This document shows, piece after piece, positions 15,094 to 34,324 of a stretch of 64,000 nt of DNA. The notes under the pieces were generated by a model. It was not told the origin of the DNA. It was given only the letters and a program-made list of their open reading frames with translations, and did no database searches. The DNA lies in assembly GCF_009914755.1 (NCBI RefSeq), contig NC_060931.1; one strand, given 5' to 3'. The translations under genes were made by a program, and so were the position numbers. The stretch comes from the human T2T-CHM13v2.0 reference genome, Homo sapiens. How positions within the stretch are numbered: position 1 is the stretch's first letter; the number at the start of each line of letters is the position of its first letter.

Positions 15094-15402
15094 GTGCACT
15101 GTGTCAGAAACGTCTTCAGGAGTGGGGAGGACAGGGACCAAAGAGTGGGGGAGCACACACTCCCCCTATCTCCCAGGAACAATGTCCCTGACCCCTGCAT
15201 CTCTCCTGGAGGCTACCCCCACCTCCCCACCCTTTAGGGAGTGCTAGCCCTGGTCAGATCATGAATGTACCTGTTGTCTCTGTCTTCCTGTCTGCCTGCA
15301 ATTTAAGACTGTGATGATTTGAAGAGCTTCAGTTTGTTGACTGCCACCCTTGCACTGGCTTTTAAAAGGATTTTCAATCTCCCTCTCTTTTTTTCTCTCT
15401 CA

Positions 15403-15879
<477 letters not shown>

Positions 15880-15889
15880 CTACAAGGTG

Positions 15890-16200
<311 letters not shown>

Positions 16201-16354
16201 TGAGTTTTAACAAACACATACAGTCATATAACAATCACAGTCAAGAGAGGGGACCCTTGTGACCCTTCTGTAGTCAACTCCTTTCGTGCACCCACTCTGG
16301 CAACCGAAGACATGTTCTCTGCTACTCCTACAGTTCTGCCTCTTCCAGATTCTT

Positions 16355-16565
16355 GTTTCCTTCCTCCCTCCTTCCTTTCCTCCCTCTTTCCTTCCTCCCC
16401 TCTCCCTCCCCTTCTTCTTTCCCTCCCTCCCATTTTTTTCTGCTCCTCCTTCCCTTCCTTCTTCCCTCCCTCCCTCCTTCCTCTCCTTCTCTCCTTCCCT
16501 CCCCTCTCTTCTTCCTCCCCTCCTTCCTTCCTTTTTTCTTCTCCCTCGTTCTTTCCTGTCTCCTT
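16355..16565. repeat. Pyrimidine-rich (CCTT/CCCT) low-complexity tract
   Basis: About 200 nt almost purely C/T. Confidence 0.95.
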
Positions 16566-17384
16566 TAGCAGCCAACTTATTTCTGCAAATGAACAAGAAG
16601 GAAAGCAAACCAATTTTTTTAAGGAAACAAATTCTGTGTGCTTCCTGATGAATGCTAGTCTACTTAGCTCAAGGGAAGAATTTGAGAGCAGAAATTTCTT
16701 TGCTTTTCCTGGCCAGAACTCATGCTGAGATTGGGGGTGGGGGCGGTTATATTACTATTCTGATGGAGCCGAGAATTTATTTGGATGAAAAATGGATCTC
16801 CACTTGAGCAGGAATGGGGTCTTATGGCAGGAACGGAGCAGTGGGGTCACCACAAGCCTCGATATGCTAGACTCCAAATTAATAGCTTAGCTCCTAGCTC
16901 CTTGCAAACTCGAGATCTTGGCCATGTTTCCTTGGCTGTGAGTTAATAATTGCAACCTGTATTCCAAGAAAGGCTTCATTCTGCTTTAAATGAGCAACAG
17001 AAAAAAGCCAGTTTCCAAATATGTGCCACGTGAGACACATTCAGTAGAGTTTGCATCAGAAACTCATCAGCAACAAAAGGGAGAGGGTGACTCGGGCCGC
17101 CCTGTGGCTGGGCTGTGAGATAGATTGAGTCAAGAAATTCACCAACGAAGCATCAGCATCTCCAGATCTGTCCCTCACATGCCATGAGGCCACCACTCAG
17201 TGCAGATGGCCTCAGCCCTTTCTAGGAAGAGCTGGGGGGTGCAGAGGTACAGAGCTGGGAAGAGTAGGGCATGGGATTGGGGTGGACACTGCATGTTGGA
17301 GCCCCCAGATCTCCCCTCTGCTCTCACATCCTAATCCTAATATCCTTCCCAAAGGGGTTAATTTCCTGAAGCTGCCTGATATTT

Positions 17385-17503
17385 TTTTTTCCCTGACACC
17401 AAATAAGTAGTGTCTTCTCTGACATCAACCAATGCTCCAGTCTTCCCACACCAACTGGGTTTCCTGCAATTCAATCCTAGCCTGACACTAACTTCTGGAG
17501 TTA
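17385..17503 (+). mobile_element. MER21-like LTR fragment
   Basis: ttctctgacatcaacc...caccaactgggtttcctgcaattcaat...tgacactaact. Confidence 0.55.
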
Positions 17504-18061
17504 CGGCAGACGGCCGTCTTCTCCCTGTGTCCTCACGTGGCCGTCCCTCTGTGTGTGTCTGTGTCCTAATCTCTTCTTACAAGGACACCAGTCAGGTGGG
17601 ATTGGGGCCCACCCTAAAGACCTCATTTGGATGTAATTCCCTCTTTTTCATTTTATTTTATTTATTATTTATTTATTTATTTTGAGATGGAGTTTTCAGT
17701 GTCACCCAGGCAACAAGGTTGTCGGCTCTCGGCAACCTCCACCTCCCGGGTTCAAGCAGTTCTTGTACCTCAGCCTCCCGAATAGCTGGGATTACAGGTG
17801 TACACCACCATGCCTAGCTAGTTTTTGTATTTTTGGTAGAGATGGGGTTTCGCCATGTTGCCTAGGCTGGTCTCGAACTCCTGGGCTCAAGCAATCCTCC
17901 CGCCTTGGCCTCTGAAGTGTGGGGATTGCAGATGTGAGCCACCACGCCCGGCCTTAATTACCTTTTCAAAGGCCCGATTTCCAAATAAGGTTATATTCTG
18001 AGGGACTGGGGATTAGGAGTTCAACATATGAATTTGCAGGGGACACAGTTAACCCCTAACA
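17504..18061 (-). mobile_element. MLT1 (A/B/C-type) LTR containing an AluJb-like element (~17645-17953)
   Basis: gcagacggccgtcttctccctgtgtcctcac...ggattaggagttcaacatatgaatt...cccctaaca. Confidence 0.85.
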
Positions 18062-18269
18062 CCAAACATGGCAAGAGAGGAATGCAGGAGAAAGAGACAG
18101 AGGAAGGGAGATGAAGGTCACCAAAGGGGAAGATGGGACTGAGGAAGGCGCAGCAGAGGAATGAGGCAGCAGGACAGGCTCATGGGGTCAGGCTTCCGGG
18201 GATGGGGGTTGGGCTTCCTGGAGGAGGTGGTCGCTGGGTCAGGCTCTGTAGGAAGCAGCATCGTGTTAC

Positions 18270-18975
<706 letters not shown>

Positions 18976-19268
18976 TTTCCATGATGGTAAGCAATGATAA
19001 CAACTATTATGGTGCTTAGTGAGCAAGGCTCCCGGGACCAGCTGGAGGGGCGAGAGTGAGTGATTTGGTTGTCGGGGGCAAGGACGTGAGCTGGTGGGGC
19101 CTGAGCAGGGTGTGGCTCGGCATCCACTGTGGAAGAGGAGGAGGAGGGAGCACAGGGTTGAGCAGAGGCTGGGTAAGGGGAAAGCCGGCCAGACCAGCAG
19201 CCCCAGGCTCCACCTATGCCAGACAGGACCCCCTTCTGCCTATTCCTGCCCTGGTAGGGCCCGAAGCG

Positions 19269-19270
<2 letters not shown>

Positions 19271-19318
<48 letters not shown>
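19271..19318. repeat. (GT)n microsatellite, about 24 units
   Basis: Uninterrupted gtgtgt tract. Confidence 0.99.
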
Positions 19319-19319
<1 letters not shown>

Positions 19320-19615
19320 TGTCTGTCAGTTTGGCCATTCCCCGGGGGAGGCGTGCCACAGGCTGGATGCTGCTGCTGGAAGTTGGAACTGAGAAAGCAG
19401 CCTCATGAGATGCAGGGTCAGGGAATTCGGTCAATTTGGCTGCCATCAGAGGCAACCGGTTTGTGCCAGGGGTCCCCACATTATAGCTGACCCCAAGGAA
19501 TGGTGAATAAGAGACCTACTCTCCTGGAAGGTGGGCCTGGCCCAGGCCCAGGGGCTCACAGTGTCACAGTTGTCCCCTCCCAAGACCTCCCCCAGGCAGG
19601 CCCGCAGCCATCTCA

Positions 19616-20047
<432 letters not shown>

Positions 20048-20629
20048 CTACAACTGTCCTGCCACCCTGTTGGAGAAGCAGGTAGACTCGGCCCAGGTGG
20101 CTGTTAAGGAGCCATCACCCGAGGCTGCTCCAAGCCCCCCAACTATCCAGCCTTCTGGGGAGCCAGAGCCTGAAGATACCATGACTCATTAGTTTTTATT
20201 TTTAGTTTTATGCCACAGAAGATGTGCAGTAATGAGACCAGCTTAAATGTCTTGCTATAAAAAGGATGATGGGTGGGGGGTGGTGGGAAGAGAGAGAAAG
20301 TCATACAGACATGGATGGACAAGAGATCAAGAAGAAGAAAAGAAGAAATATACCAAAATGTTAGCAAGGGTTTTCTCTAAGTGGCAAGACTGGGAGGAAT
20401 CTTCAAGTATTTCTATAAATGATATATATTATTTTTATAATCAGAAAATCCATGTTAAATAAATACATAAGGCATGAGAGGGCCTGAGAAAGCTCTCTTG
20501 AGTCAATGCTATGCAGGTTTTCTATCCAGTTACCAGCCTTGCTGTAAAGGACACCACCTCTTTCCCAGGGATTTCAAAGAAGGTTCTAGAACCATCATGG
20601 GCCACACACACACCCCTGAAACTAAAACA

Positions 20630-21170
20630 GTATGATAGCTGGCTTCCAAGATGGCACCAAGTCTTTCGTCTTTCTGGCTTCCTGGTATTCATACTCTGGA
20701 GTTCCCTCTCTCCATGAATACGGCTGACCTGTGTGGTCAGGGTATGCTTCGGAAATGATGGAGCATCACTTCTGAGGACCAGTCAGAAAGGACATTGGAG
20801 CTCCACCTTGTGTCCTCTTAGATCTACCACTCTGGGCAAAGATGACCACCATGTCATAAGGATACTCAAGCAGCCTTGTGGAGAGGCCCATGCTGAGAAC
20901 TGAGGCCTCCACTAACAGCAGTACCAGCACCAGCCACATGAGGGAGCCAACTTGGGAGTGGTGCCTCCAGCACCATTTGAGCCTTCAGACGATGACAGGC
21001 TTGACTAACCACATGACTACAACCTCATGGGAGGTTCCAAAGCCAGAACTACCCAACTAAGCCACTCCCAAATGTCAGACCCACAAAAACTAGGAGATAA
21101 TGAAGGTTTTTGGCCTTTTAAGCCACTGAGTTTAAGATAACTTTTTACATGGCATTAGATGACTAATACA
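20630..21170 (+). mobile_element. MLT1 (F-like) LTR
   Basis: ccaagatggcacc...tggagaggcccatg...gaactgaggcct...ttttaagccactgagttt...atgactaataca. Confidence 0.75.
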
Positions 21171-21298
21171 AATGCTGACTTTAATTGGAAAGTCTTGGGT
21201 CACAAAACTCAGCCCCAGAGCCAAGTTTGGGGTCATCCTACCCAACCACAAGCCTGGAAGGGAGAAAAGAAATGGGACTGTTGTGCAGATGGATCCAA

Positions 21299-21819
<521 letters not shown>

Positions 21820-21984
21820 CCTCTGTGGTAAGGTCCCATCCCACCACAGGCCTACAGGATTCTCCTCTGCCTTTGTCCGTGGGGGTGGGGAAAGTGGGGG
21901 TCTCCCTTTCTGCTCACCTTGATTATGTTTGACTGCTGACACTTCATGCCCTGCTTCTCTGTTTTCCGTGTTTGATTCTGAAGA

Positions 21985-22560
<576 letters not shown>

Positions 22561-22664
22561 TATTTTTATTTATTTTATTTTATTTTCAACAATAACTTTG
22601 GGGTCTTCAGGGACCTGGAAAACTTGCTGTCTTCAACATTTAGTATTATTTTTCAAGTTTTTTC

Positions 22665-22951
22665 TCTTTTTTTTTGAGACGGAGTCTCACTCTGTTGCCA
22701 GGCCGGAGGGCAGTGGTGCAATCTCAGCTCACTGCAACCTCCACCTCCGGGTTCAAGCGATTCTCTTGCCTTAGCCTCCTGAGTAGCTGGGACTACAGGC
22801 ACGTGCCATTATGCCAGCTAATTTTTGTATTTTTAGTAGAGACAGGGTTTCACCATGTTGGCCAGGATGGTCTCGATCTCTTGACCTCGTGATCTGCCAG
22901 CCTCGGCCTCCCAAAGTGCTGGGATTATAGGCATGAGCCACCGCGCCTGCC
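22665..22951 (-). mobile_element. AluSc-like element
   Basis: ctgttgccagg, gatctcttgacctcgtga diagnostics. Confidence 0.9.
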
Positions 22952-23069
22952 CTTTCAAGTATTTTTCTAACTTAGATCTTGGGAAAATATTCTTTGGGCC
23001 TGAGCATTTTGGGCATCCTCCAATAAGTCTTGGGTCTGAGTTAGTGTCTTCATCTTTAAGAATACCTTT

Positions 23070-23350
<281 letters not shown>

Positions 23351-24123
23351 TGGAACGGAACGGGAGGGGAGGGGAGGGAAGGGAGAAATTAATTTATAAT
23401 TTTCTTCTGTAGTTGCTGGATATAAGAAAAAAAAGAAATGTATGATTTCCAAAGAGTTGTGGGTCCTTATTTGCTGGAATGGAACCTCCACCCAAAAACC
23501 ACAGTGGGCAGGGCTACTGTGGTCTGCTAGAGCTCACAAAAGTAAACCAAAGTCATTTCCCACCTTCTCTGCAAACAGTGTGCTCAGGAGTCCACGCCAG
23601 CCATGATGGTGGTGTTGTTTCTGTGGCCTAAGGAGGTGGCACGTGGGATCATCCCTGAGTCACCACCCAGAGACGCGAAGTTCCTTGCTCAGGTCCCGGT
23701 GTGTCGGCTCCAGCGTCCTGTCCTCCCTGCTCCCCCGCCCCACCGAGACCGTTGCTGACAGAGCCCCACTCTGGGCTTCAGCCTCCCGCTCCGTGAGCTT
23801 TCTCAACTCATTTCTTCCATTCGGGATTGGGGAGGTTGAGTCACTCTGAAGGAGCTTGACAAAATAGCTCACGAAAGTGTTTTTTATTTTAATAATAATC
23901 GGCACCAGATGCTTCCCCAGTGAGACTCCTTGCTTGAGTTGTGATAAACACAGCAACTGGAAAGTCACTTTATTAAACCATGAACGCTCTCTACAAATCA
24001 CAGCTAAATTAGCTTGTGGCAGGAGCTGCGCAGGAGCCCAGCCTGGTGCTCTAACTCCACCAGGGAGGGAAAAGATAATGACATCCTTTGAACACTTTCT
24101 CATTAGGCTTTTAAAAACCCCCA

Positions 24124-24752
24124 GGCCGGGCACGGTGGCTCACATCTGTAATCCCAGCACTTTGGGAGGCTGAGGCAGGTGGATCACTTGAGGCTGGGAG
24201 TTCGAGACCAGCCTGAGAAACATAGGAAGACCCCGTGTCTACAAAAATTAGCCAGGTGTGGTGGTGTGTGTCTGTAGTCCCAGCTACTCAGGAGGCTGCG
24301 GTGGTAGGATTGCTTGACCCCAAGAGGTCAAGGCTGCAGTGAGCTATGATTGCATCACTGCACTCCAGCCTCCAGCCTGGGCAATAGAGCAAGATTCTTT
24401 CTCTTAAAAAAAAATAAAAATAAAAAGGCTGGGCGCGATGGCGCACGCCTGTAATCCTGGCACTTTGGGAGGCTGAGGTGGGTGGACCACAAGGTCAGGA
24501 GTTCAAGACCAGCCTGGCGAAGATGATGAAACCCCGTCTCTACTAAAAAGTAATAATCATAATACAAAAATTAGCTGGGCCTGGTGGCGAGCACTTGTAA
24601 TCCCAGCTACTTGGGAGGCTGAGGCAGAGAATTGCTTGAACCCCGGAGGCGGAGGTTGCAGTGAGCCGAGATCACACCACTACACTCCAGCCTAGGTAAC
24701 AGAGTGAGAATCCCTCTCAAAAAAAACAAAAAACAAAACAAAACAAAAAAAA
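24124..24752 (+). mobile_element. Two tandem Alus (J-like 24124-24425; Sg-like 24426-24752)
   Basis: Second Alu begins in the tail of the first. Confidence 0.92.
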
Positions 24753-25497
24753 CGATGACAATCTGTCCTATGAGTTTGGACATAAATGCAGGTGTGCACA
24801 CACGTTAAGGACGCTGAGAATGGAGTGAGGGAAAGGAAAAAGCTACCTTTTCTACCAGCCCTGGTGGCACTGGTCCCCATCACAGCCCACCTGTCCATCA
24901 GGTCCCCCTGCTAGGGACGACAGTCTGCCAGGCACAGAACCGGCCATGTGAGGGTGTTTGCACTGCACCTTAACCTCCCCATATAACACCTGCATTTGAG
25001 CAACAGCCGCCTGGAGACTGAAGGTTGCAAACCAAGCCACTAGCCCATACCCACCGTGATCTTGAGAAACCCCTTCCTCTCCCTTGGACTGCTTCTTCAG
25101 CTATAAAATGGGAGCAATGGGAAAACCACTGATTTCCAAATGCCCCCGATGGAACCCTAGCAGAGTCACCGTAGGGACCTTTGTGGTGGCCCAGGGGGAG
25201 TTTCAGTGGGGGTCTGGTGCCGGGGAGGGGAGGCGGTGCTCCAAGCTGCCCATCTTCACTGTTACCTGAATAATTCCACCTTTACCTGTTTTCGATGTTG
25301 CATTCTTGGAGGGTTTTGGTTTTTATTCTTTTTTAAATTGTAATTATTTAATTTTTTTAGAGACACAGTCTCGCCCTGTCACCTAGGCTAGAGTGCAGAG
25401 ACGCAATCATGGCCAAGCCTGCAGGCACACAGGCTCAAGCCATTTCTCAAGTTAATATTATAAACCAGGCATAAGAGTGTACTTAATTTACACATAA

Positions 25498-25944
<447 letters not shown>

Positions 25945-26424
25945 TAAGATAGTGTTAGTTATGTGAAGGGCACTCTATATAGGCCCAAAAACAAGGTAGG
26001 GTGCTAGCAAGAAAAGGGAGTGGGAGGTTTTTTTTGACACGACTCAAACACACCAAATGATTGTTTACAAGGGTGTTTATTTTCCTTCAGCTTCTGCCTC
26101 TCCAAGTACATGTTCTGACCACATTCATTCATCAAAACCAGAATGCCCCAGAACTTTCACTCCAGGAGCTAATCATCTAAAATCACAATGATGACATTCA
26201 AATAAAGAGAAAACACTGACTCAAAGGAAGGAAAAACAAACATTTTCGTTTCTCCTCTTCCCCTCTCTTCTTATTAAAATACTTACCCGTTATGATTAGG
26301 CATCTTGAACTCTAATGAGTCGCTCGAATTACTATTGCTTATTACTTTGATGTGAGATTTTTAAATTATTATTTGTTCGGTCTTAAGTCCAGTCATGGAT
26401 TTACTGCTTTTCCTGTGACCAGTT

Positions 26425-26741
26425 TTATTTGTTTTATTATTTTATTTTATTTTATTTTGGAGACAAAGTCTCGCTCTGTCGGCCAGGCTGAATTGCCGTG
26501 GCGCGATCTTGGCTCACTGCAACCTCCACCTCCTGGGTTCAAGTGATTCTCCTGCCTCGGCCTCCTGAGTAGCTGGGATTACAGGGGCACACCATCATGC
26601 CCGGCTAAATTCTGTATTTGTAGTAGAGGTGGGGTTTCGCCATGTTGGCCAGGCTGGTCTCGAACTCCTGACTTCAAGTGATCCGCCAGCCTTGGCCTCC
26701 CAAAGTGCTGGTATTATAGGTGTGAGCCACCATGCCTGGCC
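26425..26741 (-). mobile_element. AluS element
   Basis: TSD cctgtgaccagttt. Confidence 0.94.
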
Positions 26742-26912
26742 CTGTGACCAGTTTTAAAATATTTGACTTAAGCTGTCAGAGTATAGAGAACTTCAGGTAT
26801 TTTCATAAATGGAGACTCCAAGAAGGGTTTTATTGTTGGAAAGAAAATGGGATAAGAAATGATGCTGCTAACACTAAAATGGTCTCTGTAGTCACAAAAA
26901 GAAAAAAACAAC

Positions 26913-27226
<314 letters not shown>

Positions 27227-27333
27227 TTAAAGAGGCAGAAAGAAAGAAGAGAAAGAGAAGGATAAGTGGTGATAGCTACAAGTCTGACATTTAATTTTAA
27301 ACTCTAGCGAACCACCCTACACTCAGCTCATCT

Positions 27334-27648
27334 TTTTTTGTTTGTTTTTATTTTTATTTTTTGAGACAGGGTCTCCCTATGTCGCCCAGGCTGGAGTGCA
27401 GTGGTACGATCACAGCTCACTGCAGCCTTGACCTCCTGGGCTCAAGCGATGCTCCCACCTCAGCCCCCTGAGTAGCTGGGAACACAGGCATTCACCACCA
27501 CGTCTGTCTAACTTATTTTGATATTTTGTAGAGACAGGGTCTTACTACATTGCCCAGGCTGATCACAAACTCTCTTGGACTCCAGCAATCCTGCCGCCCC
27601 AGCCTCCCAAAGTGCTGAAATTACAGGGGTGAGCCACTGCACCCAGCC
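27334..27648 (-). mobile_element. AluJ element
   Basis: J-type motifs; TSD actcagctcatct/actcaactcctct. Confidence 0.9.
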
Positions 27649-27872
27649 ACTCAACTCCTCTTAAAGGCTACGTGTTCCATGAGGTTGAATTCACACCTTC
27701 CTAGGATGCGTGGAACATCTTCCCCAGCTGGGGAAGGCAATTTTACCTGGAGAGGAGGAGCCCATGGCCTCACAGTGAGTCCAATGGGAGAATCATGTGA
27801 TGGACACTGGTGATTCTCAACACCCAGCCACCAGCCCCGTGCCTGGTCGACAGGGGCACTCAGAAAACGTTT

Positions 27873-28435
<563 letters not shown>

Positions 28436-29381
28436 ATGTTTGCCAAATGAACAAATAATGAATGACAGCTGTGTCCCGTGCTGTCTGTGAGCACTTTCAG
28501 AAACAGGATCACAATAAATAAATAAATAAATAAATAAATAAAAATAAACACTGATGCATGGGCCCCACCCTAAAGAGTCTGTGATTGAAGTGCACAGCCT
28601 GGATTGGGAACAGCTGTCCTGGGGAGAGATGCATACATCTGGGAAGAACATTGCAGCTTCCTGACCCGCAGGAAACACCCACCACCTTGGTGTTAGAGGC
28701 AGATAGGGATGAAAAGGAGGATGTGTGCTGGTCTTGTCTTCAGTTCCAGAATCTGAGCACCACCCCAGCCATGGGCGGAACGTTTTGAGATGACAGGTGT
28801 CACCTCCAGGTTCCCATCAAGTATCTAGGGTGGGCCTGGGAGGTGGAGGTTTTGTTCAGATAAATACACCACCTGCAGAGCATCCATCCGGGCTCTCGAG
28901 ATTCAGGAGCTGGGCCGAGTTTAGGCGGAAAGAGGCGGCTCTCTCCAGCTCTTCCTTCAGCTGTGACCTCTTTAACCATGAAGGACCATGAGTGCTAATC
29001 CCTGCTATTTAGGATCAAAAGGGCCTAATCAGCTGCAGGCAGTCACAACTCTCTGTTCATAGGAGAAGGGTCTCCAGGAAGCGGTTGAGGAATGAATTTT
29101 CCCTCTCGGAGCTAGTGCTGGCATTACTGGGACTTGCGGCTGCCCCGCCAAGGGGCCGTCTGTCATTTCAGATCTGCCAGAGTCACCCCACATGAAACGT
29201 GTTTGGATATTCTGAGTCCTGCTATGCAGCAAGCACTAAGCTGAGCCCACGAGACAACGTTGAGGGACCTTGGTCCAAGGTGGGTGTCCAGCTGGGAGTG
29301 AACCACGCCAATGCTACAGGAGGGATGGACACCAAGGAAGAGAAAAAGAGGGGTAAGTGGTGATAACTAAAAGTCTGACAC

Positions 29382-29674
29382 TTTTTTTTTTGAGACGAAG
29401 TCTCGCTCTATCGCCCAGGCTGGAGTACAGTAGCACAATCTCAACTCATTGCAACCTCCGCCTCCCGGGTTCAAGTGATTCGCAAGCCTCAGCCTCTGGA
29501 GTAGCTGGGATTACAGGCGTGCGCCACCACACCTGGCTAATTTTTGTATTTTTAGTAGAGACGGGGTTTCACCATGTTGGCCAGGTTGGTCTCAAACTCC
29601 TGACCTCAAGTGACCCACCCACCTTGGCCTCCCAAAGTGCTGGGATTTACAGGCAGGAGCCTCCATGCCCTGCC
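29382..29674 (-). mobile_element. AluS element
   Basis: S-type motifs; no TSD visible. Confidence 0.92.
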
Positions 29675-30741
29675 GCTCAGCTCCTCTTAAAATCTATGTG
29701 TTCTGTGAAGTTTAATTCGCACCTTCCTGGGATGTCTGTGATATCTTCCCCAGGTGACCCGCAAATAATTTTACCTGGAAAAGAGGAGCCCGTGGCCTCA
29801 CAGTGAGTCCCATGGGGGAATCATGTGACAGGCACTGGTGATTTTCAACACCCAGCAGCCCAGGTACCCACATGGATGGGACGGAAGCCTGGGAGTTGGC
29901 TCCTGAAAGAGGAAAGGTTTCACAGCTGGACACAGATGTCACACTGATGGGGCAGTGAATACAGCAAAGGAAACAGCCCTCAACCCACTGAGACAGAAAA
30001 GAGCAGGATTTTATGTTCAGGTTGGGGTGGCCGAGGCAGGCATGAACCTGCTTGCAGGGGCCTTGAGGCCAGGCTGAAGACATGGGATTTTATCCCAAGA
30101 GCAGTAGGGAGTCTTTGAAGGGCTTGAGTAGAGGAGTGACAAGAACAGGTTGGCATTTCAGAAGCGTGGCTGGCAGGCAGTCATCCTGCTACCACTGGGC
30201 AGTGGCTAAAGTGCAGTTTCTCAGATCCAAAGGTCAGGCTCAGATTCTGCTTTGGCAGCTCCCTGGAGGTGCACCTTGAACAAGTTCCTTCCTTCCTCCA
30301 ATTCCCTAAAATGCAGATGAGTATGCCTCCTGCCACGTGTAGTGGGGTGAGCATTAAGCCTGATAATGCGTGAAATATTGTGGCACCGTGCCTACCACGT
30401 GATGAACTCCCAATAACTCCCCCTTCAGCTCCTGGTACAGTCCCTAACATACCCTGATGCTTAGAATATATGAATGAACGAATGAATGAATGAAGTTCTA
30501 GGTATATTTTATAAACATAGGACCTAGGAAGGTCAGGTCAAAACTATGGCCCAGGTGCCAAGAGACAAAGACACAGTGGCATATTAGTGTACATTAACCA
30601 TTAATGACCAAAATAATGACCCCAAGCCCTCCAAGAGACTGTCTTGGCTTCATTAAAGCTCTCTCATCAGAGACACAATAAATTGATGGCCCAAGCTGAT
30701 GTTCTTTTTGGGTTTTACCATATTTTATCATATTTCAATTA

Positions 30742-31025
30742 TTTTTTTTAGACAAGGTCTCACTCTGTTAGTGCCGTGACATGCTCACAGATCACTGTGG
30801 CCTCAACCTCCTGGTCTCAAGCGATCCTCTCACCTCATCCTCCAGAGTAGCTGGGACTACAGGTGTGTACCACCACACCTGGCTAATTTTCTTTTTTTAC
30901 TTTTTGTAGAGACGGGATCTCACTATGTTGCCCAGGCTAGTTTTGAACTCCTGGGCTCAAGCAATCCTCCCACCTCAGCTTCCCAAAGTGCTGAGATTAC
31001 AAGCATGAGCCTATCGTGCCCAGCC
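30742..31025 (-). mobile_element. AluJ element
   Basis: Reverse Alu; tcaattatttttt/tcaatgatttttt flanks. Confidence 0.88.
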
Positions 31026-31044
31026 TCAATGATTTTTTAATTCT

Positions 31045-31475
31045 TATATTAGTCATTAAGAGAAGCTTTGTGCATTAACAAATAACTCCAACATCTCAGT
31101 GACTTAATACAACAATGATTTCTTTCTCGCTCATCGTGTATATCCAGCATGTGCAGACAGGGCCAGGAGGAAAGGCTGGATATGCTTTCCTCCACACAGT
31201 CACTCAGGGATCCAGGCTTATGGAAGCCTTCTCAATCATCAAGACAAGGGAAGAAGAGAGACTGGAGAATTGAGACATCTGTTCAGTGCCTTGGCACAAA
31301 AGGGACATATGCCACTTCTTTTGTCTGTTTTTTGCTGTTTTTAATGACACTTCTTATACTATATATCATTGGCCAGATCTAGTTGCACAGACTGGCCTAC
31401 TGTCAAGGATGTGGCATCCTTGTGCTAGGAAGGAGAGGAGAATGGGATACTGGTGAACACTAGTGATGTCCACTC
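31045..31475 (-). mobile_element. Old MLT1 (J/K/L-type) LTR
   Basis: taacaaataactccaacatctcagtgacttaatacaaca...cactcagggatccaggct...cattggccaga. Confidence 0.55.
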
Positions 31476-31544
31476 CAGTTCTTAATCACCATTTTGGTTT
31501 ATTTTTCCAGCTAGAACAACAACAACAAAAAAAAAAAGCTAGAA

Positions 31545-31838
<294 letters not shown>

Positions 31839-32542
31839 AAAAGCTAGAATATTTAATCTGCACTTCATTCAAAATATCTGCTGCAGCTATGGGTCAAAGT
31901 TGTGGTGATCAAGCCTGAACCTTTCTGCTTCCTCCTGTTCAGCAGGAGAGTGAGTTTTGCCTGAATGACCACCCTATTTCTGTAGCTTACAGCCGTGCAG
32001 GCAGAGAGCATTACAGATCTCTTGTGGACTTTGCTCTACGCTTCATGCTTGGATTTTATGTCCACATTCATATTGATGATAAAGTTGTTATTTCTTTATT
32101 TAACCAATTCTATGTCTATGCATACATGTTTGAATAGGGATTGGGAGGCTAAGTTCATCTGACAACAGCATCTTTGCTTGATATTACAGTGAAGCTTATA
32201 ACATCAGTTGTGCTGATTTAACAAAATGTATAATGTATTCAGCAGTTGATGACTTCAGCCTAATTGAACACAAATTTATTATGCTATCCAGGGTTGTAAT
32301 TAAAACACGGTAAAATTAGCCCATCAAATACCGTATACACATGCTCTCTCGCAAAGCCATCAATGGCCTTTGTTTCGCCTATGGTCAATTACATTTTCAA
32401 AGTGGAATCCTCCCAAGAATTAGGCAGATGAATCAGGATGAAAGGAAACCCAACCGAGGGTTTAAGGCTGCTCTGCCCTGACAAGGAAACACTCTGAAGA
32501 TTGTCTTCAAACAATGAGAAAGCTAATTTTCCTACGTGGTGA

Positions 32543-33016
<474 letters not shown>

Positions 33017-33581
33017 TAATGATCGCAGAACTGTGGAAAACTGGAGGTGGCTCAGATGTAATAAAAGGGAATTGTCCGTGTGTCCTTGTCAGGAGTCCAA
33101 GCCATGCAGGAAAGAGAAACAGGACCTCCCTCCCTCCCCGAAACCAGTTCCTTAATAATGACCCTGAAAAGGCGGATCAGCTGCAGGGAGAGTCATCCTG
33201 TGGGCTTCATGAATTCTAATCGCTGTTGGCGATACAGTGACACATTCTACCATTTAGACCATTCAGGTCTAAAACTACATTTTGGGTCTAGAAACACTCC
33301 TTTCATAAATATTTTAAAACGAAGAATTAAAGAAGTTCAGGAGAACAATGGCGGAGGTGGAGAAGCTCTGTTCTCACCGGCGGGGTTTCACAGTGCATTT
33401 TTGTCAGCCTTCTGCCATGGAAGAGTGGAGAGGCTCCTAGCTCCAGCTCAGAAAAAGGAGAGGAAAGGAATATGAGCTAATAATGAGGTGTCTGGCTTGT
33501 TCCCTCTTGTTTGGGAAAAGAACACTCACTTATTCCAAGAGGAGGCTTTCTCACCTGAGCCAGGCTCACTCTCTCACCACG

Positions 33582-33595
33582 GCGCCCCCTGGTGG
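33582..33595 (-). promoter_or_regulatory. CTCF core motif (perfect consensus match)
   Basis: Plus strand gcgccccctggtgg = CCACCAGGGGGCGC on the minus strand, in non-Alu sequence. Confidence 0.75.
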
Positions 33596-33645
33596 TGTGG
33601 GCTTGTATCCAGCGGTAGCCAAACTGCAAGACCTCAGCTATGTAA

Positions 33646-34324
<679 letters not shown>

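Noticed and set aside
23660-24133. 157-aa minus-strand ORF over the CpG patch as a processed pseudogene
   Set aside because: No recognisable homology, poly(A) or TSD; it starts at an Alu edge.
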